Assembly: GCA_003344405.1 (NCBI GenBank)
Contig: NOWV01000013.1
Coordinates: 186,001-250,000 of the forward strand
Origin: Trichoplax sp. H2
Taxonomy: Eukaryota
Reading direction: 5' to 3'
DNA: 64,000 bases
This document shows positions 56,016-64,000 of this stretch, in pieces; within the stretch, counting starts at the first letter, position 1, and every line of letters begins with the position of its first letter. The notes beneath the pieces were generated by a model that was not told the DNA's origin, did no database searches, and was given only the letters and a program-made list of their open reading frames with translations. The translations under genes and the position numbers were made by a program.

Positions 56016-57375
56016 TCAGTTATTCCAAGGCTGCAACCATGTGTCTATTAAGATATTGCTGTTTGATTTGTCTTGCAATGAACGGCACCGACGGATTAGT
56101 TGCGTAGAAAGGATAAACATATACGTAGATGCAGGTGTTGCAATCAGTCCAAAAGACTGACTGGCCACCATTCCAATGGAAGGACTTTGTGCATTCCTTA
56201 GGATTGCCAATAACACCCCCATCAGTATAGAGCAATAACTTTAATTTGGTTGAGTAATCGTGGATTTGATGTCAACATGAAACCCATAGCCAACATGATC
56301 GATTCATCACTATTCGCTTACAAAGATTATTAATAAAGGATACTGATTGAGTCCTACCTGTTATAGCTGCGTGTATTGAGCTCGATTAGGTTAGGTATTC
56401 TTAAAATGTAGCTTAACGTCTAATTCTCGCAGATATTATAACGTTAAGAAGGTATAAGTATTTGGTATTTTGAACAATAAATTGATTCTTACAAAATATT
56501 ATAACGCTTGAGTTATTGAGTGAAGAACCTGGACAATAACATAGTAATAGTTATGAAGAGAGCTTCCCATTAAAACTGCTTGATTACCTTCGTAAAGACT
56601 AAAAATAATCATTATTCCAAGAGCAATCGTTGAGATGAAGATTTTATAAAAAAATTTTTGTAATTAAAAGAAATGAGACAGTTAATACCGTTTATCATGT
56701 TGATTTATTATTGATTAACATTTCTATATTTTATTCAAATTCTTGATGAACTATAGGCAGTATCAACATTGCTCAACAGGTTCAGAATATTACCTACGTT
56801 GCCAACATTATCTATGACAGTGTATTAACATAACCTACAAATACTTTTCTGAGCAAACAAGAAGCTTATTAACCTGGTAGCCGCGATCACGATTGTAATT
56901 TTTCAGGGTTTTATGGAAAAATAGCTTTATAGATTACAATCCTATGGGTCTTATTCGTATCGATATTTATGAATTTCGCACTATATACTGTACTGTTAGG
57001 ACTAAAAATAAGGTACTAAAGTTATATCCTCGTAAATCATAAGTGGTATCTAGTTGAGCTTAGATTTACAAGTTCTAGCGTTGAGTAATACACGGAATCG
57101 CTGACTAGGTAGCACAACGCGAAATATCTGCTACATATGCACTTTTCAAAGCCATAATAAAATTATAACGAAGAACAAACATCCTATTGATAATAAAATT
57201 ACTCCATCTAAATATGTTTATTATGACACTTTCCTACTCCAATTATATCTCAATACACAGTTGATTGTACACTCAACGTACAGCAGATTCAGCTTTCTAA
57301 GCTGCAATAACCTTTGCATACCAATACTGGCCAACATTAGATATGCTGCATAGGATGGTAAATCTCACAAAGTCA
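56016..57375 (-). pseudogene. Possible degraded 7TM/GPCR-like fragments
   Basis: Fragments YAAYLMLASIGMQRL (TM3/DRY-like, ~57310-57355) and SFGLIATPASTYMFILSTQLIRR (TM7-like), separated by stops. Weak. Confidence 0.2.
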
Positions 57376-58310
57376 TCAAAAATTAAATTTAATACACGCA
57401 CGAGTACAGCATGAAAGACTGTTCATGGGTATAACTTTTACAATTCGATGGATTCCAAATTGAATGCTGGATAGATTAAAAAATATCAAATTTTCACTTG
57501 TATATATTTGCACGATAAAAGTACAATATTACTATCATGTAAATTCAGAAAAAATAAGGCAGTAATTTTAGAATCAAGTTTCGTTAAATTAAACTAATAG
57601 TACGAAATTGACTCTATATATAAGAAAAATATCAAAATTGTTTGAGTTTCCATCTAATGACATACACAATTATACACTAGATATGGTTTTTTTGATCGAC
57701 ACATTACTACTACGGGTACAGTATATACAGTAGAAAAGCATTCTCTGCAAGATATGTTCGAATGGAAGCCAAGGATACCCAAACGCAATACATTAAGACT
57801 CTTACTATTCGTATACATCACTTAAGATGAATGGCGAAAATGGTTTTCATCATTCATTATAATAACAATAATTACTTGGATATCATTAAAGGGCATTTGG
57901 TAATCAGTTTGAAATTACAAAATAATTTATAGTTGGTAATTCCTATCCTGCACATTAGATTAGTGGCGTTCTAGTAAAGTGATGATCATCTCCAGGTCCG
58001 TAAAACTAATTCAATATAGAACCTACTCGTATTCACATGATCGAGTTTTTCAATCGACAGTATTTGTATATTTTATGTCCACTATAGCAGCTACATCACT
58101 AATCCTATATGATTTAAATCCAATGACGCAATTATTAACGTAAATGTCGTGTATTAAAGCAATATATCAATCACAAATTGGTTTGCAATAATACTTACTA
58201 CCTTCGTATTACAGTGATTATACGTAACTATGCATAAAGTAAAACGCTTTCCTTAAATAGGATATTTTTTCAACTGTTGCAATACAATTACGAGGGCAAC
58301 ATACTGTCAA

Positions 58311-59354
58311 TTACCCTTCATTATCAGGTATGGGTGTATTACAATTTCCATGGTAAACATTAATTTTACCATCGCATTTGAAATAAAGATCGAAAACATC
58401 TTTATAGCCATGATCACGCCAGTACGTACATAACTGACGATTCCATGTACAAGGAAGAACGTAAAACATATCATTGTATTCCATATGAAGTAAGGTATAT
58501 AAATCTTGATCACCAAGATGGCCACGAAAATGGTATTTCTTAGCTAAATTTTCCGGTAAATTTTCATCAAGAACTTGACCAAATAATTTGGATTTTCTCA
58601 TACGTTCTAAATCTAACAATAAAACACCGCTATTAAAACCAGTTAATCCATGTGGAGGTGGATCTCCTACTCTAGTCTTGGGATTTTCATGCCTATACTG
58701 CCAAAAGACATGGCGGTAGACCGGTTGACTTTCACGACCAATCCCAATAATATTGTTCGGTTGAAATTCATGAAATAAGTTGAATAAATTTCGAATATCA
58801 GTCGTAAATTTTAAGTCAGAATCCATCATAACAACACGTTTAAATTGTGCTGGTAGAAATTTATGCATAGCAACCGATAGAAAGAAGATGGCATCATTAT
58901 AATAACTTCCTTTGCTACTAAACATTGGCTGAAATTTCTCTACATAAGAATAGATCTTCTTCAACACGTCTTCCACAAAATGGGTTGTACTCTTGACGAC
59001 ACAAGATGGCCAATTCTTTTTAGCATTGTTAACTGCTTGATGTAATACCGATCGAGTGTCCTTATCCGTTACAAATAAGAAATGTAGTCTAGAAGTGGTG
59101 TGCTTAAAAACAGAATTGATTGTTTCCTCAAAGCGTACTGCTAAACGGCTACCAGGCGTAGCCCGAGTGAGAATCATCACGATATGTAGTTCTTCCTCCT
59201 GCTTGCAATTATTCCCCTCTGCACAGTATCCATTATTCGTGGTAGGTTTACTGACAAGATTTCTTCTTTCATCATCGCTTGCAATTCCATTGAATGTAAA
59301 GAGGAATAACACTATTAAAAGACGCCAAGACTGGGTGATAAAGATGTGATTCAT
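58311..59354 (-). CDS. XXYLT1: Xyloside xylosyltransferase 1 (GT8), single coding exon
   Basis: 347-aa ORF with YYNDAIFFLS, DSDLKF (DxD), IGRESQPVYRHVFWQYR, GFNSGVLLLDL, HFRGHLGDQDLYT, LPCTWNRQLC, YHGNCNTPIP. Confidence 0.96.
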   Translation of the reverse strand: MNHIFITQSWRLLIVLFLFTFNGIASDDERRNLVSKPTTNNGYCAEGNNCKQEEELHIVMILTRATPGSRLAVRFEETINSVFKHTTSRLHFLFVTDKDTRSVLHQAVNNAKKNWPSCVVKSTTHFVEDVLKKIYSYVEKFQPMFSSKGSYYNDAIFFLSVAMHKFLPAQFKRVVMMDSDLKFTTDIRNLFNLFHEFQPNNIIGIGRESQPVYRHVFWQYRHENPKTRVGDPPPHGLTGFNSGVLLLDLERMRKSKLFGQVLDENLPENLAKKYHFRGHLGDQDLYTLLHMEYNDMFYVLPCTWNRQLCTYWRDHGYKDVFDLYFKCDGKINVYHGNCNTPIPDNEG

Positions 59355-59564
59355 TTTGGACTTGGATACAGTAAAATTGGAGATTGATTTCCAGCTTACT
59401 GTGCACTACTGGTGAGCACTTGTCCTGGTTCTACTTGAAATTAAAACAGGGATTTGTAAGCGATACAAATGCTATAGTCAAGCAGTTACAGTAAATCAAT
59501 CCATACAGCACCAACGTACTAGAGTTACTATGGTACTAGAGGAACCGACCGCATAGTGCTTACT

Positions 59565-60252
59565 ATGGACTATCTCAAAATGATACTGTCGTACTCGCCT
59601 AAGCGATGGCGGATTTCGAGCTTCTGCAGACATGCCAAATTGCCTATGCATCATTAATTCATTAATTAATTAATGCACACTGGCAAGGACTTGATACATG
59701 GAGTAGTTAATAGCCTAGTGCTTGCTAGTTTTCCATACAGAACTAACTCTAAGCCCGATTCTACCTGCACGAACAGCAGGCCTAAATTCATTATGGACTG
59801 TCAAAATGATACTGTCGTACTCGCCTAAACGATGGCGGATTTCGAGCTTCTGCAGACATGCCAAATTGCCTATGCATCATTAATTCATTCATTAATTAAT
59901 GCACACTGGCAAGGACTTGATACATGGAGTAGTTAATAGCCTAGTGCTTGCTAGTTTTTCATACAGAACTAACTCTAAGCCCGATTCTACCTGCACGAAC
60001 GGCAGGCCTAAATTCATAATGGACTATCTCAAAATGATACTGTCGTACTCGCCTAAGCGATGGCAGATATCGAGCTTCTGCAGACATGCCAAATTGCTAA
60101 TGCATCATTAATTCATTAATTAATTAATGCACACTGGCAAGGACTTGATACATTGAGTAGTCAATAACCTAGTGCTTGCTAGTTTTCCATACAGAACTAA
60201 CTCTAAGCCCGATTCTACCTGCACGAACGGCAGGCCTAAATTCATTCTGGAC
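59565..60252. repeat. Near-identical tandem array, 226-228 bp x3
   Basis: Units start atggac at 59565, 59793 and 60019 and end at ~60252; few substitutions between units. Confidence 0.95.
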
Positions 60253-60606
60253 GTCGTTTGCAGAAGTTTGGACTGCATCAGATCAATTTTATTTTGAGCA
60301 GTTTGTACTTGGGACAGTTATCATCTCTTAGACCTAGCAATTGATGTCAAGGTAGAGAATGCATAGTAATGCATAGGTATCGAATAATATCGCAAATCCT
60401 AGTAAAGGCATCAGACGACAACAGATTATATTAGATAATTTACAAATTACAAGTAGAGTGAATCACCAATCAATATATTCCACTTTCGACGCTGCTGTCA
60501 AGCGACTGTCCATGATTTTTTATCTTTATGCAACAATCTGTCTTATGGCATGAAATCTGTTAGCATTATCTTGGCTTCTCGAATCCATTACACGACGAAT
60601 ATCGCT

Positions 60607-62521
60607 ATGGCCGGCAGAAAAAGTAAGAAAACCTTAAACAGAACCAGCCAAGACGAAAAACCTCCATCGTCGCTTTGCGATAATCAACGAGCAGTGAGTA
60701 GAACAATTATCATAATTTCGTATATGATCATCGGTAAATGCCTACCGCAAACAATAACTTGAGCCAATCGACAAGTCCTGTTGTAAACGTCATGATTTAT
60801 ACAGTAATTATTCTCTCATCTCATGAGATATTTCACTCAATCTCACACACTATCCGCTAGGATAATGCCGTCTTTAGGTCAAAGATTGGCGATGTTTTGA
60901 TTACGATTAAGGCCAAACCGGGCTCAAAGGAAAACGCTGTTACAGGTACAGTAGGAGTGATTATAGTGGATAGGTTCTACAGTATTATAACCCCTTGTGG
61001 TATATTTCATAAGGCATTAAATCTCGGTAAAAATGATAGCTTATACCCTCTCATCATGATCATTTTTATCTTGGAAACCATAATGAAACCCAACTAGATC
61101 ATGTCGTAGGTTAGATTATAAGATTGTACTCGTGAGTACATTGTCATTAGAGAGATTGAGGTAAATCAGTCCTTGGTAAAAGAACTGAATTGATGCAGTA
61201 AAGTCAAGATTAATAAGTAGTTAAAGTCTTGTCATATCATTTCGGAGACATTTTGCGTATTACAGAATCAGAAGCACATACTGATAGTCTATGCATGTTT
61301 ATTTTGTTGATTGAACTAGAGATGCAATCCTACGTAAGTTCGTGAGAATACTAATCGAAAATGTTGTAAAATGGTTTACATTAACCACTGATTTTACTTA
61401 CTTTTACTTTTGAATCAAGCACTGATATTAGCTAATGGAAAATGTGGCGGAATAATTTATACATACGTGTTACGTGGATATAACTACACATAGGCATGCT
61501 AACACTAAACACGGTAGACTGTTCTACTAGTAAGCATAGACCAGTATGATCGGTTTTCTGATATGATCAACATCAAAGACATGTAAAATACGAAAATGTT
61601 GCATCATAAATCTACTTTGTGTGCAGTTCATAGCATAGTAAATACGTATAAAGCACTAACGAGGATATAACAAGAATTATAAGTAATAATGATAACCCTG
61701 ATACGTGTTGCGAATTATACAAGTATTTTACCACTAATACTCGAGGATTACTAATATTGTTTATTGAATAAACCCTTATCGTTTGCCGAAGTGATTTAGA
61801 CTCTGTTAAATTCATGCTGTAGCATGTAGCTAATACAAAATAAATGCAATACGTATATCTTTGTTTGCAGATATTAGCTCCGATGGAATTGGGATCCAAA
61901 TTGCAGCTCCAGCCAGAGAAGGAGAGGCAAATAGCGAATTGATCAAGTTTCTATCATCAGTATGCAATACAAAATTTTCAGTTATTTCATGATATATCAA
62001 CAATCCAGTTATACTACTTTAATTTAAATTATAGTAGTAATTACTATACTGTATATGCACCCCATTCTCTGAAATAGAATCGTCCATCTCATGCAGTATA
62101 CTGTGACTTTTTAAAATATTATTGTCTATATTGACATTGGATGGTATTAGCGCGTATATTTACCAAAACTTGATGTTATAATACATTATTGATTCCATTA
62201 CTTGCAATTTCCATATATTATCTTTAACATCGCTGAACTATAATTTTTATTTTTAGATCTTAAAAGTCAAGAAAAGCTCAATCTCGTTAGATAAAGTAAG
62301 TGAAATATCTTAATGCATATGCCGCTTCATGATTAATGAGTATTCGTAAACTAATAGCCAATTAGTCTTCTATTGGGTTATTATATTAGGATACTTAAAT
62401 GCGAAATTTACTTTAATGCTAGGGCTCGAAGTCACGCCATAAAACTATCTGTGTCAACAAAAATGCAGACTTGACAGAAAAGCAAGTGCTAGAAATACTT
62501 CAAGAAACATTATCACAATAG
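60607..62521 (+). CDS. C15orf40: UPF0235/YggU-family protein (C15orf40 homolog), 5 exons
   Basis: Exons 60607-60693, 60861-60945 (ITIKAKPGSKENAVT), 61871-61959 (IQIAAPAREGEANSELIKFLS), 62257-62295, 62423-62521 (GSKSRHKTI...*). An in-frame upstream ATG at 60550 is possible. Confidence 0.9.
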
Positions 62522-62587
62522 ATTTTGGCTCATAATTTAATCAATTGTTACCACAATATCAATATGGATAAAATAAAACTTTATAGA

Positions 62588-62810
62588 GCTGGGAATAAGA
62601 TCAACACTGCACTAACTATTCAGACAGTTGGTAGATAATAACAATCAGCAGGAACGCCATTCGGTTAAAGTCCTAAGAAAATTGCTCATAATTATCCTTA
62701 GCTGGGAATAAAATCAACACTGCACTAACTATTCAGACACTTGACAGATAATAACAAGCAGCAAGAACACTATTAGGTTAAAACGCTGAGAAAATTGCTC
62801 ATAATTATCC
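62588..62810. repeat. 113-bp direct tandem repeat x2
   Basis: gctgggaataa.atcaacactgcactaactattcagaca...aaaattgctcataattatcc at 62588 and 62701. Confidence 0.9.
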
Positions 62811-64000
62811 AGTTTAATTAATGATAATCCCCCAAAATATTCTACCCTTCTGTTTAGCCTTTAAGAATGGAACCTTGTCAGTAATCAAATCGCCGATACA
62901 CGCCATAAAGGTGGTACGATCTATGGTAATTAGATCAGAAATCTTTCTCTACTATACTTGATATTTTACTTTTAAATTTTTGTAAAATAAATTATATGTT
63001 GTCTATTTTAAGCTGTAATAGTATGTAAGTTATCACCACTTCCGAAATTGCAACTAAAGAAGAGACTAATTTTTGTATGTAGCCTGTGCACCATATAAAA
63101 AATTTTTTTTAATTATTTTTATGAATGGCAATATGATATTAAATTTATGTGTATATTAACTTAATCCAGAATATTGGATAAGGCTACCAAAATTGGGAAG
63201 TATATTAATTAATATTAGAGCCATGATTATACTTATACTATATTTATATTGTAATAAGCTAATCTGCTAACTACTATGTGTCTATACTATACATCTCTTC
63301 CATCGCATAAATTTCAGACTGTACATTAATTGAACCGAACACATTCGACCTGACCATCAGCATCGGGAATGACGTCAATATTATGACTACGACTATAAGA
63401 TTATGCTCTATTTTGATTATATATCACATATCCCATATATCAATGCTAATAGGTTCATCTGGATGCAGCGATTCTGCCTTTTATCGTATCAATTTTATGT
63501 ATTAGCTTACTCCAAGAGATTCAGTATGGCTATCAGAATCATGAACGATGGTCAAATTAAATTATCCATTTTTTAAAGTTAAATTATCAATTTGTTGTGA
63601 CATTATGACCAGTACTAATAACTTAGTAATAAGAATTGATATTGATACCAAATCAAATCCATCTTCCGGAACTACCACAACTACTTTGCTAGGTATGATT
63701 ATAGGCGTATGCTGTGTCCGTTGACTAGCCGATAGTCCTTCATCAATGGTGACTGCATATTCGCTTACTTAGTTATTAGAAATTGACGAAGACACCAGTA
63801 AGAATATGAGTCATCGCTTAAAATAAAAAAATATAAACAATGTACGTATGCCTATCATTAAATGCAGCTTATGTTCGGATCCTGTCGACGATTCGTCCAT
63901 AGAATAGCGTAAACAGTAGCTAGCTAATCCTATAAATTAAGCCAGTATCAATCCAGCAACCCCTTAATAGGATAAATTAGCTTGAATCCTATCCAATACT

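Noticed and set aside
56020-56235. ORF with YTDGGVIGNP resembling an RNase H or patatin motif
   Set aside because: Stop codon shortly upstream, wrong spacing of the other catalytic residues, and no retroelement context.
59565-60252. Repeat arrays as CRISPR or transposon ends
   Set aside because: Eukaryotic context, no unique spacers, and no TIR/TSD or transposase.
63340-63800. Short exon-like stretches at the window end
   Set aside because: No recognisable protein motif or consistent strand; may belong to a gene outside the window.

Overview
AT-rich, intron-dense, compact animal DNA; the style is consistent with an early-branching metazoan such as a placozoan, but that is inference only. 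Spliced gene models read by hand: six-exon follistatin (+), PIGB (+, with two minor-spliceosome-type introns), CKS1 (-), ARMC6 (+), PARP16 (-), a PIGBOS1 microprotein homolog (+), two tandem copies of a single-pass membrane protein with N-terminal LIR-like motifs (candidate CCPG1/PBXIP1 ER-phagy receptor; one copy truncated), a CLC-6/7-related Cl-/H+ exchanger (-), intronless XXYLT1 (-) and a UPF0235/C15orf40 gene (+). Most interesting: (1) the PIGB, PIGBOS1, CCPG1-like and PARP16 neighbourhood mirrors human 15q21-22 and suggests an ancient ER-stress/ER-phagy gene cluster; (2) an unassigned ~190-nt structured element with an Sm-type site at ~47.7-47.9 kb; (3) U12-type introns with non-consensus donors; (4) a CDE/CHR plus CCAAT promoter on CKS1. 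No searches were run; all homology calls come from recalled motifs.
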